The notes beneath the pieces were generated by a model that saw only the letters and a list, made by a program, of their open reading frames with translations, had not been told where the DNA came from and ran no database searches. Made by a program: the position numbers and the translations under genes. A DNA stretch of 63,962 bases, counting the filler, from an uncultured bacterium (GTDB taxonomy: Bacteria > CAZDME01 > JAYEMH01), in assembly GCA_964506785.1 (NCBI GenBank). It is 3 parts of 3 records of this genome, joined end to end, with 100 filler letters (N's around TTAATTAATTAA, not from the genome) between each part and the next. Parts side by side here need not be neighbours in the genome. Positions count along the whole stretch, not along the records: positions 1 to 31,470 come from CAZDME010000011.1; 2 more parts are not named here. One strand, given 5' to 3'. Below, piece after piece: positions 20,010 through 30,053 of the stretch. Each line of letters begins with the position of its first letter. Position 1 is the first letter of the stretch.

Positions 20010-20535
20010 ATTTTTAGAAGCTATTGGAGAAAACCCTGGGCGGCCCGGTCTCATTGAGACACCTCGTCGAGTGGCGGAGATGTGTAAAGAAATTTTTGCC
20101 GGTTTAAAGAAGGATCCCCGCCGAGTTTTAAAGATGATTCATGGCGAGAAGCATGATGAGATGGTTTTGCTTAAGGATATCCCCTTTTATTCTGTCTGCG
20201 AACATCATCTTCTTCCTGTTTTGGGCAAGGTTCATATTGCCTATATCCCTGCCGGAGATCGTGTCACCGGATTAAGTAAATTGGCTAGAGTAGTTGATAT
20301 TATTTCTAAAAGACCTCAGCTTCAGGAACGAATGACAAAACAGATTGCTGATAATATTATGGAAGTTTTGAAACCAGCCGGAGTAGGTGTAGTAATAGAA
20401 GCCCGCCATCTCTGTCTCGAAATGAGGGGGATAAAAAAACCAGCGGCGGTAGCGGTGACTTCAGCGGTTAGAGGTATATTCCGTAAGGATGTGCGCACCC
20501 GGGAAGAATTTGTAAATTTAGTTAAAGAAAAATAG
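19975..20535 (+). CDS. folE: GTP cyclohydrolase I
   Basis: [38 protein letters not shown]. Confidence 0.97.
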   Translation: MNQKRIEKLIREFLEAIGENPGRPGLIETPRRVAEMCKEIFAGLKKDPRRVLKMIHGEKHDEMVLLKDIPFYSVCEHHLLPVLGKVHIAYIPAGDRVTGLSKLARVVDIISKRPQLQERMTKQIADNIMEVLKPAGVGVVIEARHLCLEMRGIKKPAAVAVTSAVRGIFRKDVRTREEFVNLVKEK

Positions 20536-20573
20536 TTTAGCCTTCGCTTAAATCAAACTTTTTTCAAAAATAG

Positions 20574-21761
20574 ATGAACATTCAGATTTTGTCCGCGAGT
20601 CCAGAAGAACTCAGAAAAGAGATGCAAAAAATAGGCGTATCTCCCTATGGAATTAAAGAGATGCTTCCTGAAGCGGTTTCTTTTTTAATTAAGCTTGAAA
20701 ATGTAGACTTCAAGGCAGCTAATATTCTCAAACAGGAGATGCTTTCCTTAGATGGGGAAGCGGCTATCCCCCGGGATGCCCTGGATGGTTCAGAAAAAAA
20801 GACCTCGGCTATACTTATCGGCAATAAAAAGGTTTTTTCAAAACTTCGATATAAACTTTACCCCCAGCCTTTTGGTCTAAGGGAAATAGCCGCTGAAATT
20901 GATTCCACTTTAAAGAAATACGCCCGGGAAGACTTTGTTATTAAAGGCCGGGATTTAAATTTGAAATTGGGCGGAAAAACTTTTCTTATGGGTATTTTAA
21001 ACCTGACACCAGATTCATTTTATGACGGCGGAAGATATAACGCTTTAGACAGGGCTGTTGGCAGAGCGGAAGAGATGGTTTCCCAAGGGGCTGACCTGAT
21101 TGATTTGGGGGGGGAGTCCTCTCGTCCGGGAGCCAAGCCGGTTTCGGTTAAAGAAGAGATAGCCAGAGTCATTCCGGTGCTAAGACGCTTAAGGAAAAAG
21201 ATAAAGAAACCTATTTCGGTAGATACCTATAAAAGTGAAATCGCTAAGGCTTGCCTTGAGGAGGGAGCCAGTTTGGTCAACGATATTACTGCTTTCCGTG
21301 GGGATAGAAAAATGTCTCGGCTTCTAGCTAAAAAAGGGGTGCCGGTAGTTTTAATGCATATGCAGGGCCGTCCGCGAACAATGCAGAAAAAGCCGTTCTA
21401 TAAATCGGTAATTGGCGAAATAATCAGCTTTTTACAAGAGAGAATAGATAAAGCCTGCCAGGCCGGGATTGATTTTGAGAAAATTATAATTGACCCTGGT
21501 ATTGGTTTTGGCAAAACAGTTGAGAATAATTTAGAAATTTTTAGGCGCCTTAAAGAATTTAAAGTTTTAGGCCGGCCTATTCTTGTTGGACCTTCCAGAA
21601 AATCTCTCATCGGCAAGATTCTTAATCTTCCTCTTGAAGAAAGGCTTGAAGGTACGGCTGCTTTGGTGGCCTGTTCAATATTAAACGGTGCTCAAATTAT
21701 CCGGGTGCATGATGTTAAAGAGATGATTCGGGTGGCCCGGATGGTGGAAGCAATTAAATAA
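20574..21761 (+). CDS. folP: Dihydropteroate synthase with ~130-aa N-terminal extension
   Basis: MGILNLTPDSFYDGG, GGESSRPG, SVDT, DPGIGFGK, SRKS, IIRVHDV. Confidence 0.95.
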   Translation: MNIQILSASPEELRKEMQKIGVSPYGIKEMLPEAVSFLIKLENVDFKAANILKQEMLSLDGEAAIPRDALDGSEKKTSAILIGNKKVFSKLRYKLYPQPFGLREIAAEIDSTLKKYAREDFVIKGRDLNLKLGGKTFLMGILNLTPDSFYDGGRYNALDRAVGRAEEMVSQGADLIDLGGESSRPGAKPVSVKEEIARVIPVLRRLRKKIKKPISVDTYKSEIAKACLEEGASLVNDITAFRGDRKMSRLLAKKGVPVVLMHMQGRPRTMQKKPFYKSVIGEIISFLQERIDKACQAGIDFEKIIIDPGIGFGKTVENNLEIFRRLKEFKVLGRPILVGPSRKSLIGKILNLPLEERLEGTAALVACSILNGAQIIRVHDVKEMIRVARMVEAIK

Positions 21762-21776
21762 GGTGAGGAAAAAATA

Positions 21777-22592
21777 ATGCTTCAATTTTTTCACGATTTG
21801 ACTTGGATTTTGGCCAAATTTCGCTGGCAGGACGTTGTTGATATTGTAATTGTCGCTTTTGTTATCTATCAGCTGATTCTTTTTATCCAAGGGACAAAGG
21901 TTGTTCAAGCCCTTAAGGGTTTGCTAATTCTGGTGATTATTTTCTTTATTGCCAGAATTATGGGGTTTGAAACAATTACCTGGGTTTTGAGAGGTCTTGT
22001 TCCCATAGGTGTAATTGCTTTTCTGGTAGTATTCCACCCGGAAGTCCGGCGGGCCTTAGTCCAAATCGGCGGTAAAAGTCTTTTTAATGTGTATCAACAG
22101 GAAGAAAAAGTTATCGAAGAAATTGTTAAAGCTATCTCTGTCTTTTCCGAGAAAAAAATAGGGGCTCTAATTGTCTTGGAACGCGAAGTCGGTCTAAAGA
22201 ATTATATTGAGACCGGTATAGAGGTTGATAGTTTTGTTACTGCGGAACTACTGGGTAATCTTTTTGCTCCTAATACCCCCTTGCATGATGGTGCAGTAAT
22301 TATTCAGCACAGCCGGATAGCCGCTGCCGGTTGTCTTCTTCCTTTAGCGGCGGAAACTTCTCTCCCGAAAAGTTTGGGGACCCGGCATTTAGCGGCAATC
22401 GGCTTAACTCAGGAAACCGATGCGGTGGTGGTTATTGTTTCTGAAGAGACCGGGGCAACCTCTATTGCTTTAGCTGGTAAACTCACCCGTGACTTGGATC
22501 CGACTAATCTCAGAAAGACGCTGCGTAATCTCTACGCCTCTTCAACGCAGCGCCGCATAACACTCCATTTGCGGAAATCAGCCAATAAATAA
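21777..22592 (+). CDS. cdaA: Diadenylate cyclase CdaA/DacA
   Basis: Three TM segments plus DAC domain: PLHDGAV, GCLLPL, GTRHLAAIG, VSEETG. Confidence 0.94.
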   Translation: MLQFFHDLTWILAKFRWQDVVDIVIVAFVIYQLILFIQGTKVVQALKGLLILVIIFFIARIMGFETITWVLRGLVPIGVIAFLVVFHPEVRRALVQIGGKSLFNVYQQEEKVIEEIVKAISVFSEKKIGALIVLEREVGLKNYIETGIEVDSFVTAELLGNLFAPNTPLHDGAVIIQHSRIAAAGCLLPLAAETSLPKSLGTRHLAAIGLTQETDAVVVIVSEETGATSIALAGKLTRDLDPTNLRKTLRNLYASSTQRRITLHLRKSANK

Positions 22593-22604
22593 ATGAGGGA
22601 TTAG

Positions 22605-23288
22605 ATGAAAGAAAAAATAAGAAAATGGATAACGGTAAATTTTGGCTATAAAATTTTGGCCCTTTTCATTGCTTTTTTTCTCTGGACTTATGTTATAGGA
22701 GAGAAGGTGGCCGAAAGGGTTTATCATCTTCCTGTGGTTTTCCAGAATGTTTCCCGTGGTTTAATTGTTGAGCCGCGCACCCCGAAAATCCATATTACCC
22801 TTAAAGGTACTCGGAGTCTGGTGATGAATTATAATCCTGAAAACTTCTTCGTTGTCAAAGATTTAAAAAATTATACCCCCGGGAAATACTCCATTCCGGT
22901 TTCCTTGGAGGATATTCCGCTGGCAGATAAAGAAGTAGAGATCATTAGAATTTCTCCCAAGGAAATGGATATAGAGATTAAAGTCCAGGAAGAAAAAATA
23001 ATCCGTTTTAAAAAACTTCCGATTAAACTTTTGGAATCACCTACTTCCTTTCTTCAGGCTACGTTAGATTTAACCGAGGTTTCTGTAGAATTGATGAAGA
23101 CTGAGGAATATGCCCCCAAATTAGATACAGCAGAAGTCACGGTTTTTTTGGATATTTCTGAATTGAAAGAAGGGACTTACCAGTTGCCCCTTCAGATAAA
23201 AATGCCTCGAGGGGTAAAGTTAGTTACCATTGAACCGAATGTAGTTAAAGTTACTTTAAAGGCGCTCTCGCCTTTAAGCAGAGAATAG
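22605..23288 (+). CDS. cdaR: CdaR/YbbR-like regulator
   Basis: NFGYKILALFIAFFLW TM followed by YbbR-like beta repeats; directly after cdaA. Confidence 0.85.
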   Translation: MKEKIRKWITVNFGYKILALFIAFFLWTYVIGEKVAERVYHLPVVFQNVSRGLIVEPRTPKIHITLKGTRSLVMNYNPENFFVVKDLKNYTPGKYSIPVSLEDIPLADKEVEIIRISPKEMDIEIKVQEEKIIRFKKLPIKLLESPTSFLQATLDLTEVSVELMKTEEYAPKLDTAEVTVFLDISELKEGTYQLPLQIKMPRGVKLVTIEPNVVKVTLKALSPLSRE

Positions 23289-23290
23289 AG

Positions 23291-24001
23291 ATGCCTAAGT
23301 TATGTATAAATATTGACCACATCGCCACTTTGCGAGAAGCCAGAGGCGGCTCGGAGCCTGATCCAGTCCAGGGAGCTTTAATTTGTGAAAAAGCTGGAGT
23401 CCATGGTATTACTTTTCATCTCCGTGAAGACCGCCGCCACATTCAGGATAAAGATGTCAAAAATTTAAGAAGAAAGCTTGGCGGTAAATTAAATATGGAA
23501 ATGGCTGCCATCCCAGAGATGGTTCATATTGCTAAAAGGGTGGGTGTCGACCAGGTTACTTTAGTTCCAGAAAAAAGAAAAGAAATAACCACTGAAGGCG
23601 GTTTGGATGTTTGTAGAACAAAGGCCCGAATAAAAAGAGTGGTAAAAACTCTTAAATCGCGGGGAATTCTGGTAAGCCTTTTTATTGACCCGAAATTTAC
23701 TCAAGTGCGGGCGAGTTTTCAGGTTGGGGCTGATGCGGTCGAGATACATACTGGCAGATATTGTAATGCCAAGGGTAAGAATAAAAAAAGTGAACTGGGA
23801 AAGATTAAAAAGGCCGCTCTTTTGGCTAAATCTTTAGGGCTTAAAGTTTTTGCTGGCCACGGCTTAAATTATAAAAATATTCCAGATATTGCGGGAATTG
23901 CCGAAATCGAAGAGTTGAATATCGGACATAGTATTATCTCTCAATCAGTTTTTAAAGGAATCAAGAGAGCAGTTACAGAAATGTTAAAAATGGTAAAATG
24001 A
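23291..24001 (+). CDS. pdxJ: Pyridoxine 5'-phosphate synthase
   Basis: NIDHIATLREAR, HLREDRRHI, TTEGGLD, AGHGLNY, ELNIGHSII. Confidence 0.97.
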   Translation: MPKLCINIDHIATLREARGGSEPDPVQGALICEKAGVHGITFHLREDRRHIQDKDVKNLRRKLGGKLNMEMAAIPEMVHIAKRVGVDQVTLVPEKRKEITTEGGLDVCRTKARIKRVVKTLKSRGILVSLFIDPKFTQVRASFQVGADAVEIHTGRYCNAKGKNKKSELGKIKKAALLAKSLGLKVFAGHGLNYKNIPDIAGIAEIEELNIGHSIISQSVFKGIKRAVTEMLKMVK

Positions 24002-24372
24002 TTATTGGCTGCGGGATTGATATTGTAGAAATTAAACGGATAAAAAGCCTGCGCGAACGATACCAGGAGCGATTTCTTAATCGCCTTTTTAGCGAAAGTG
24101 AAAGAAATTATTGCCAGAAGAAGAAATGGGTAGATAGGCATTTAGCCGGCCGATTCGCCGCCAAGGAGGCTTTTATAAAAGCCTTGGGCGGTAATACCAG
24201 GCAGTTGCGGTGGCATGATTTAGAAATCCGTAATAATGGAGGAGGGAAACCCGATTTATTGCTTTTAGGAAACAGCCGGGATTTGGTAGAAGATGTGCAT
24301 ATCAAGAATATCTATTTAACTATTTCTCACAGTGATAACTTTGCTGTTGCCCAGGTAATTTTGGAAAAATGA
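23998..24372 (+). CDS. acpS: Holo-ACP synthase
   Basis: GIDIVEIKRI, AGRFAAKEAFIKALG, TISHS. Confidence 0.96.
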   Translation: MIIGCGIDIVEIKRIKSLRERYQERFLNRLFSESERNYCQKKKWVDRHLAGRFAAKEAFIKALGGNTRQLRWHDLEIRNNGGGKPDLLLLGNSRDLVEDVHIKNIYLTISHSDNFAVAQVILEK

Positions 24373-25235
24373 AAATACCCGCAGAAATAAAAAAGATATT
24401 GCCTCCCCGTCCATCAGAAGCGCATAAAGGGATGATGGGGCATGTTTTTATTTTAGCCGGTTCGCTGGGGTTGAGCGGAGCGGCTCTATTGGCGGCTTCA
24501 GGTGCCTTGCGCACCGGAGCCGGGCTGGTAACCTTAGGCATTCCCAAAAGCCTTAATCCAGTTGTTGCCGCGAAGCTTACCGAAGTAATGACCTTACCTT
24601 TACCGGAAACCAGGCAAAAAACCTTATCCCTAAAGGCAGAGAGCTTAATTATTAATTTTTGCCGGAAAGTGAATGTTGTTGCTCTCGGTCCTGGTTTATC
24701 GCAAAATAAAGAAACAAGCAATCTGATTAAACGGTTAATTAAGAAGATTAAACTTCCTTTAGTCCTTGACGCTGATGGAATAAATGCCATAAAAGGAAAG
24801 GGCAGTTTTATTCTCCAAAGAAAGGGCGACACCATTATTACCCCCCATCCCGGCGAGATGGGCCGGTTGATTAATCTTTCTGTAAAAAAAATTCAAAGTG
24901 CCCGCCGGCAAATAGCTCAAAAAATAGCTTTTCAGTTTAAAGCCGTGGTGGTTCTAAAAGGGCATGATACCGTGGTGGCTTCTCCTGATTGGAAAACCTT
25001 TATCAATCCGACCGGCAGTGCGGCCATGGCTACTGGCGGTATGGGAGATGTGCTTACTGGAATAATAGCCAGTTTCATTGCTCAGGGTCTCTCTCCTTTT
25101 TCCGCCAGTAAACTAGCCGTATATACTCACGGATTGGCGGCCGATTGGGTAGTTAAAGAAAAAGGGCAGAGAGGTGTAATCGCCAGTGATATCATTGATA
25201 AACTTCCTTCTGTCCTAAAAAGGATTGAAGATTAA
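24369..25235 (+). CDS. nnrD: ADP-dependent NAD(P)HX dehydratase (stand-alone, no epimerase domain)
   Basis: HKGMMG..AGS..GAA, ALGPGL, VLDADG, TPHPGE, VLKG, MATGGMGDVLTG. Confidence 0.94.
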   Translation: MKIPAEIKKILPPRPSEAHKGMMGHVFILAGSLGLSGAALLAASGALRTGAGLVTLGIPKSLNPVVAAKLTEVMTLPLPETRQKTLSLKAESLIINFCRKVNVVALGPGLSQNKETSNLIKRLIKKIKLPLVLDADGINAIKGKGSFILQRKGDTIITPHPGEMGRLINLSVKKIQSARRQIAQKIAFQFKAVVVLKGHDTVVASPDWKTFINPTGSAAMATGGMGDVLTGIIASFIAQGLSPFSASKLAVYTHGLAADWVVKEKGQRGVIASDIIDKLPSVLKRIED

Positions 25236-25255
25236 TTTTCTCTTTGTTATACTAC

Positions 25256-25331
25256 GCTGGCGTAGCTCAGTTGGTAGAGCACCTCACTTGTAATGAGGAT
25301 GTCGGGGGTTCGACTCCCTCCGTCAGCTCCA
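25256..25331 (+). tRNA. tRNA-Thr (TGT)
   Basis: GCTGGCG...CCTCA-CTTGTAA-TGAGG...CGTCAGC-T-CCA. Confidence 0.96.
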
Positions 25332-25414
25332 TTCTGGTTTCTGGCTAGTGGCCTATGGAAAGTGGGAAAATAATAAAATACTGAACCATAAGCAATTAGC
25401 TATTTGTCATTAGC
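25332..25414. repeat. 7-nt-period inverted repeat in the Thr-Tyr tRNA spacer
   Basis: TTCTGGT TTCTGGC TAGTGGC CTATGGA AAGTGGG ... CCATAAG CAATTAG CTATTTG TCATTAG. Confidence 0.55.
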
Positions 25415-25420
25415 GAAAAG

Positions 25421-25506
25421 GGGCAGGTACCAAAGTGGTCAAATGGATCAGACTGTAAATCTGACGGTGTATACCTTCGGAGGTTCGAATCCTCCCCTGC
25501 CCACCA
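25421..25506 (+). tRNA. tRNA-Tyr (GTA)
   Basis: GGGCAGG...TCAGA-CTGTAAA-TCTGA, long variable arm, CCTGCCC-A-CCA. Confidence 0.96.
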
Positions 25507-25510
25507 TTTT

Positions 25511-25587
25511 TGGCTCATAGTTGACAGTTCATAACTCCAAGGGAAAGGGATAACTATTTTTATACCCTATGGGCTAAGAGCCATGAG
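25511..25587. repeat. 7-nt-period hairpin in the Tyr-Gly tRNA spacer
   Basis: TGGCTCA TAGTTGA CAGTTCA TAACTCC ... CTATGGG CTAAGAG CCATGAG. Confidence 0.55.
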
Positions 25588-25601
25588 ACAAAAACGAAGA
25601 G

Positions 25602-25675
25602 GCGGGCGTAGTTCAGTGGTAGAACGGTAGCCTTCCAAGCTGCTCACGTGAGTTCGATTCTCATCGCCCGCTCCA
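25602..25675 (+). tRNA. tRNA-Gly (TCC)
   Basis: GCGGGCG...GTAGC-CTTCCAA-GCTGC...CGCCCGC-T-CCA. Confidence 0.96.
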
Positions 25676-25739
25676 ATCTGGTAAAAGAAAAAACTAAAAA
25701 GGCATAATGAAGGAAAGGGGGTGAAAGCACAAAATTCTC

Positions 25740-25768
25740 TTGACAATTTTGATATAATCTGGTAGATA
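25740..25768 (+). promoter_or_regulatory. Possible sigma70 promoter for tRNA-Thr-tuf
   Basis: Perfect TTGACA (25740-45), 17 nt, TGG-TAGATA (weak -10). Confidence 0.45.
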
Positions 25769-25791
25769 TATGGTCTCTATATATCAATCCA

Positions 25792-25867
<76 letters not shown>

Positions 25868-25901
25868 GTTAGTTAGACGTTTAATAAAAAGGAGGAAAAG
25901 A

Positions 25902-27101
25902 ATGGCAAAAGAAAAATTTGTGCGTAGCAAGCCACACATAAATATTGGAACAATCGGGCATGTTGACCATGGTAAAACCACCTTAACCGCGGCCATAACC
26001 TCAATTCTTTCTAAAAAGGGACAGGCTCAAGCGAAAAAAGTTGACGAAATTGATAATGCCCCGGAAGAAAAGGCAAGAGGGTTAACCATTGCCATTGCCC
26101 ATGTGGAATATGAAACGGAAAAACGTCATTATGCTCATATTGACTGCCCGGGGCACGCTGATTATGTTAAAAACATGATTACCGGCGCGGCCCAAATGGA
26201 TGGGACAATTCTGGTGGTTAGTGCGGCTGACGGTCCGATGCCGCAGACTCGAGAACACATCCTTCTGGCTCGCCAGGTAGGGGTACCCTATATCACCGTT
26301 TTTATGAATAAGGTCGATATGGTAGATGATAAAGAATTGTTGGATTTAGTAGAATTGGAAGTTCGGGATTTGCTCAATAAATATGAGTTTCCCGGCGATA
26401 AAACCCCGATTGTTAAGGGCTCGGCTACGGAAGCTTTAAGCTGCGGCTGTGGCAAAAAGGAGTGCCCTAAGTGTGGACCGGTTCTTGAACTCCTGGATAC
26501 CATTGACACTTATATTCCTGATCCAAAACGCGATGTGGATAAACCATTCTTAATGAGTGTTGAAGATATTTTTAGCATTACCGGGCGGGGAACCGTAGCC
26601 ACCGGAAGAGTAGAAAGAGGGAAGGTAAAAATTGGAGATGAAGTAGAAATTGTCGGGATTAAGCCAACTAAGAAGACAGTAATTACCGGTATAGAGATGT
26701 TCCGTAAACTTTTGGATGAGGCAGAAGCGGGTGATAACGTTGGTGTGCTTGTTAGAGGCGTTGAGAAGGATCAAATAGAAAGAGGCCAGGTTATTGCCAA
26801 ACCGGGAACAATTACTCCTCATACCCAATTCAAAGGACAGGTCTATGTTTTGGCTAAAGAAGAAGGCGGCCGGCATACACCTTTTTTTAACGGATACCGT
26901 CCGCAATTTTATTTTCGCACCACTGATGTCACCGGAGTAGTTAAATTACCTCAAGGAGTTGAAATGGTTATGCCGGGAGATAATGTTAGCATAGAGGTTG
27001 AGTTAATTACGCCGATTGCCATGGAGAAAGAACTCCGTTTCGCCATTAGAGAAGGTGGACACACTGTGGGTGCGGGAGTAATTAGCGAGATTATAAAATA
27101 G
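25902..27101 (+). CDS. tuf: Elongation factor Tu
   Basis: [36 protein letters not shown]. Confidence 0.99.
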   Translation: MAKEKFVRSKPHINIGTIGHVDHGKTTLTAAITSILSKKGQAQAKKVDEIDNAPEEKARGLTIAIAHVEYETEKRHYAHIDCPGHADYVKNMITGAAQMDGTILVVSAADGPMPQTREHILLARQVGVPYITVFMNKVDMVDDKELLDLVELEVRDLLNKYEFPGDKTPIVKGSATEALSCGCGKKECPKCGPVLELLDTIDTYIPDPKRDVDKPFLMSVEDIFSITGRGTVATGRVERGKVKIGDEVEIVGIKPTKKTVITGIEMFRKLLDEAEAGDNVGVLVRGVEKDQIERGQVIAKPGTITPHTQFKGQVYVLAKEEGGRHTPFFNGYRPQFYFRTTDVTGVVKLPQGVEMVMPGDNVSIEVELITPIAMEKELRFAIREGGHTVGAGVISEIIK

Positions 27102-27103
27102 AC

Positions 27104-27253
27104 ATGCGCGAAATTATTGTTTTATCCTGTACTCAATGTAAACGGCGGAGTTATACCCAGACAAAGAACAAAAGAGCACATCCGGCAAAATTAGAAATAA
27201 AAAAGTTTTGCAGGTTCTGTCGAAAAAGAACAGTCCACAAAGAAGTTAAATAG
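27104..27253 (+). CDS. rpmG: 50S ribosomal protein L33 (zinc-binding C+ type); not in the ORF track
   Basis: Translated by hand: MREIIVLSCTQCKRRSYTQTKNKRAHPAKLEIKKFCRFCRKRTVHKEVK*. Confidence 0.96.
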   Translation: MREIIVLSCTQCKRRSYTQTKNKRAHPAKLEIKKFCRFCRKRTVHKEVK

Positions 27254-27299
27254 GGAAAAGAATCGAAACTGCACTTTAAAGGTTTGACCCGTCTGTCGT

Positions 27300-27373
27300 A
27301 GGAGCGTTGGTTAATGGTAAACCACCGGTCTCCAAAACCGGGACTGCAGGTTCGATCCCTGCCGCTCCTGCCA
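27300..27373 (+). tRNA. tRNA-Trp (CCA)
   Basis: AGGAGCG...CCGGT-CTCCAAA-ACCGG...CGCTCCT-G-CCA; conserved position between rpmG and secE. Confidence 0.95.
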
Positions 27374-27396
27374 TTTCGACAAGGATAACAATCAGG

Positions 27397-27588
27397 ATGA
27401 ATTTAGGCAAAGTTAAAGAATATTTTAAAGAGGTACGGTTAGAATTAAAAAAAATCACCTGGCCGGCCAAGAAGGAATTGATTGCTTCGACCATAGTGGT
27501 TATTATTGCTATCTTCATAATCGCCTTTATTCTTGGCGTTTTTGATTTTTCTCTTTCTCGACTCATGACTATTTTATTACAGGCGTAG
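27397..27588 (+). CDS. secE: Preprotein translocase SecE
   Basis: YFKEVRLELKKITWP plus one TM; true ATG at 27397 (the ORF-track start lies inside tRNA-Trp). Confidence 0.95.
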   Translation: MNLGKVKEYFKEVRLELKKITWPAKKELIASTIVVIIAIFIIAFILGVFDFSLSRLMTILLQA

Positions 27589-27594
27589 TTTTTT

Positions 27595-28125
27595 ATGGGT
27601 AAAAAATGGTACGTTATTCATACTCACTCCGGATACGAAAACAAGGTTAAAGACGCTTTGCTCAATCGAGCGAGTATCTTGGGGATGAAGGAGGTTATCT
27701 CCCAGATTCTCATTCCGACAGAAAAGGTTTCGGAAATTAAAGATGGAGAAAAGCGGATTACGAATCGTAAATTTTTCCCCGGATATGTTCTTGTTGAGAT
27801 GGAAATGACGGAAAAAAGCTGGTATCTCATCCGCAATACCCCGGGCATAACTGGCTTTGTTGGAGATAGAAAAAAACCTACTCCTTTGGATGAAAATGAA
27901 ATTCAAAGTATTGTTAAACAGGTAAAGGAAGAAAAACAGGTCCCTAAACCTAAAGTGCTTTTTGAGCCGGGAGAAAATGTAAAGATTATTAAAGGGCCCT
28001 TTACAAATTTTAATGGTATGGTCGATGAAGTCTATCCAGAAAAGGGAAAACTTAAACTGACGGTGACAGTATTTGGCCGGGCTACTCCGGTCGAATTAGA
28101 ATACTGGCAGGTAGAACGCATTTAA
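27595..28125 (+). CDS. nusG: Transcription elongation factor NusG
   Basis: [31 protein letters not shown] motif, FGRATPVEL. Confidence 0.98.
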   Translation: MGKKWYVIHTHSGYENKVKDALLNRASILGMKEVISQILIPTEKVSEIKDGEKRITNRKFFPGYVLVEMEMTEKSWYLIRNTPGITGFVGDRKKPTPLDENEIQSIVKQVKEEKQVPKPKVLFEPGENVKIIKGPFTNFNGMVDEVYPEKGKLKLTVTVFGRATPVELEYWQVERI

Positions 28126-28126
28126 A

Positions 28127-28594
28127 ATGGCAAAAAAAATTACCGCTCAAGTAAAACTCCAAATTGCCGCCGGGCAGGCTAATCCTGCTCCTCCGGTTGG
28201 CCCGGCTTTAGGCCAGCACGGAGTAAATATTATGGAATTCTGCAAGCAATTTAACGAAAAAACCAAAGGCCGGGAAGGGTTGATTATTCCCGTAGTTATT
28301 AGTATTTACCATGACCGCTCTTTTACTTTCATTACTAAAACCCCTCCTGCTTCAATACTTTTAAAAAGAGAAGCGGGTTTAGCTAAAGCTTCGTCCGAGC
28401 CAAACAAGATGAAGATTGGTCAGGTTACGCGAGCGAAAGTAGAGGAAATTGCTCGGACAAAAATGCCGGATTTAAATACCACTAAAATTGACCGCGCGGT
28501 TAAAATTATCGAGGGAACAGCCAGAAGCATGGGAATTGAAATCGTGGAGAAAATCGAAGAGAAAAAGGCAGAGGAAGATGGGAAAGAGATTTAA
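28127..28594 (+). CDS. rplK: 50S ribosomal protein L11
   Basis: [31 protein letters not shown]. Confidence 0.98.
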   Translation: MAKKITAQVKLQIAAGQANPAPPVGPALGQHGVNIMEFCKQFNEKTKGREGLIIPVVISIYHDRSFTFITKTPPASILLKREAGLAKASSEPNKMKIGQVTRAKVEEIARTKMPDLNTTKIDRAVKIIEGTARSMGIEIVEKIEEKKAEEDGKEI

Positions 28595-29249
28595 GAAAGC
28601 TCAAGAAAAAATTGACCAAAATAAAGCATATAAAATAGAAGAGGCGGTCAAATTACTTAAGGATTTTCCTTCAGCGAAATTTGATGAGACAGTAGAATTA
28701 AATTTTCACCTGGGAGTTAATCCTAAATATTCCGAGCAGCAGGTGAGAGGAACCGTGCTTTTGCCCCATGGGACAGGTAAAACTATCCGGATTTTAGTTA
28801 TTACTCAGGGTGATAATCTTAAAAAAGCAAAGGAAGCCGGCGCAGATTTAATCGGGGGGAAAGAGTATATTGAGAAAATAATGAATGGTTGGCTTGACTT
28901 TGATGTTCTCATGACTACTCCGGAGATGATGAAAGAAGTGGCTAAGTTAGGTAAGATTCTTGGGAGCCGCGGTTTAATGCCGAGCCCTAAAAAAGGTACG
29001 GTTAGTCCCAATTTAGATAAGGCGGTCAAGGATATAAAACGCGGCCGCATTGAATACCGCGTAGATAAAGGCGGTAATTTGCATCTCATTGCTGGGAAAA
29101 AATCTTTTGACTCGGATAAACTTTTAGCTAATCTCAAGGAAATTATTTCTGCTATTTTACAAGCCCGGCCGCCAGCCATAAAAGGGAAATATATCAAGAA
29201 AGCGGTTCTTTCTACGGCTATGGGACCGGGTATCAAATTGTCAATATAA
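28578..29249 (+). CDS. rplA: 50S ribosomal protein L1
   Basis: [41 protein letters not shown] at 28578. Confidence 0.98.
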   Translation: MGKRFKKAQEKIDQNKAYKIEEAVKLLKDFPSAKFDETVELNFHLGVNPKYSEQQVRGTVLLPHGTGKTIRILVITQGDNLKKAKEAGADLIGGKEYIEKIMNGWLDFDVLMTTPEMMKEVAKLGKILGSRGLMPSPKKGTVSPNLDKAVKDIKRGRIEYRVDKGGNLHLIAGKKSFDSDKLLANLKEIISAILQARPPAIKGKYIKKAVLSTAMGPGIKLSI

Positions 29250-29256
29250 TCCTTAA

Positions 29257-29387
29257 GGTCTGAGACCGTATGGTATCCAGTTTTTTTGATTATAAGGGCT
29301 GGGTTTAAAAAGTTTGCCTGCCGAGATCAAGGGAAATAAGGTTCCCTTTGTCTTTCATCCGGGTGAGGCAGAGGGAATTTTTTATTT
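29257..29387 (+). promoter_or_regulatory. L10 (rplJ) leader with downstream attenuator-like hairpin
   Basis: GAGACCGTA.GGT...TTAA...CCTGCCGAG resembles the L10-leader consensus; long hairpin TTCCCTTTGTCTT/GAGGCAGAGGGAA followed by a T tract (29334-29387). Confidence 0.7.
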
Positions 29388-29461
29388 GACACAAATCGTT
29401 TCCGTTTTAACTCTGGGTGAGTTTTGTCAAAGGCGGGCAATTTGAATTAGAGGAGAGAAAA

Positions 29462-29977
29462 ATGGTCAGTGTTGAAAAACAAGCTGTCGTCAAAAATTTA
29501 GAAAAAAATTTTAAACATCCCAATTTTTTAATTTTCACCGGGTATAAAGGATTAAAAGTCGAAGAATTAACTGAGCTGAGGAAAATTTTAGCCAAGGCAA
29601 ATTCAAGCTTTCAGGTGATAAAAAATACCCTGGCCAGACTTGGCGCAAAAAAGGCTAAACGCGAAGAGATACTGCCTTTCTTAGATGGCCCGGTGGCTAT
29701 TGCCTCTGCTGATAAAGAGAATGTTGGATTGGCTAAAATCCTGGTTAATTTTGCTAAATCGCATCCATTTTTAGCCATTAAAGGCGGATTCTTTCAGGAT
29801 AAACTTCTCGATGTTAAAGAGGTGGGTAATTTAGCCAGGCTCCCTAGCCGAGAAATTCTTCTGGCTCAGGTAAAAAATGGATTTTTAGCCCCGGTGACTG
29901 GTTTAGTTTTTGGTCTCAAAGGGTTGATTCAGGGTTTAATCGGAGTCTTAAAGAATATAGAGAAACAAAAGGCCTAA
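29462..29977 (+). CDS. rplJ: 50S ribosomal protein L10
   Basis: YKGLKVEELTELR, VIKNTLA, GPVAIA, LARLPSREILLA; ATG at 29462 after GAGGAG. Confidence 0.96.
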   Translation: MVSVEKQAVVKNLEKNFKHPNFLIFTGYKGLKVEELTELRKILAKANSSFQVIKNTLARLGAKKAKREEILPFLDGPVAIASADKENVGLAKILVNFAKSHPFLAIKGGFFQDKLLDVKEVGNLARLPSREILLAQVKNGFLAPVTGLVFGLKGLIQGLIGVLKNIEKQKA

Positions 29978-30053
29978 ATGAGAATATGGTGAGTCGCAAA
30001 TGGTGAAAAACAAGATAACGATATAACGAAAAAACGAAAAAAGGAGGAAAAAA

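Noticed and set aside
20574-20970. N-terminal extension on FolP
   Set aside because: I recall similar ANILKQEML-containing extensions in FolP of many anaerobes, so it is unlikely to be novel.
25225-25253. TTGAAG-17-TATACT promoter-like match before tRNA-Thr(TGT)
   Set aside because: The implied start (~25260) falls inside the tRNA, which begins at 25256, so I did not call it a promoter.
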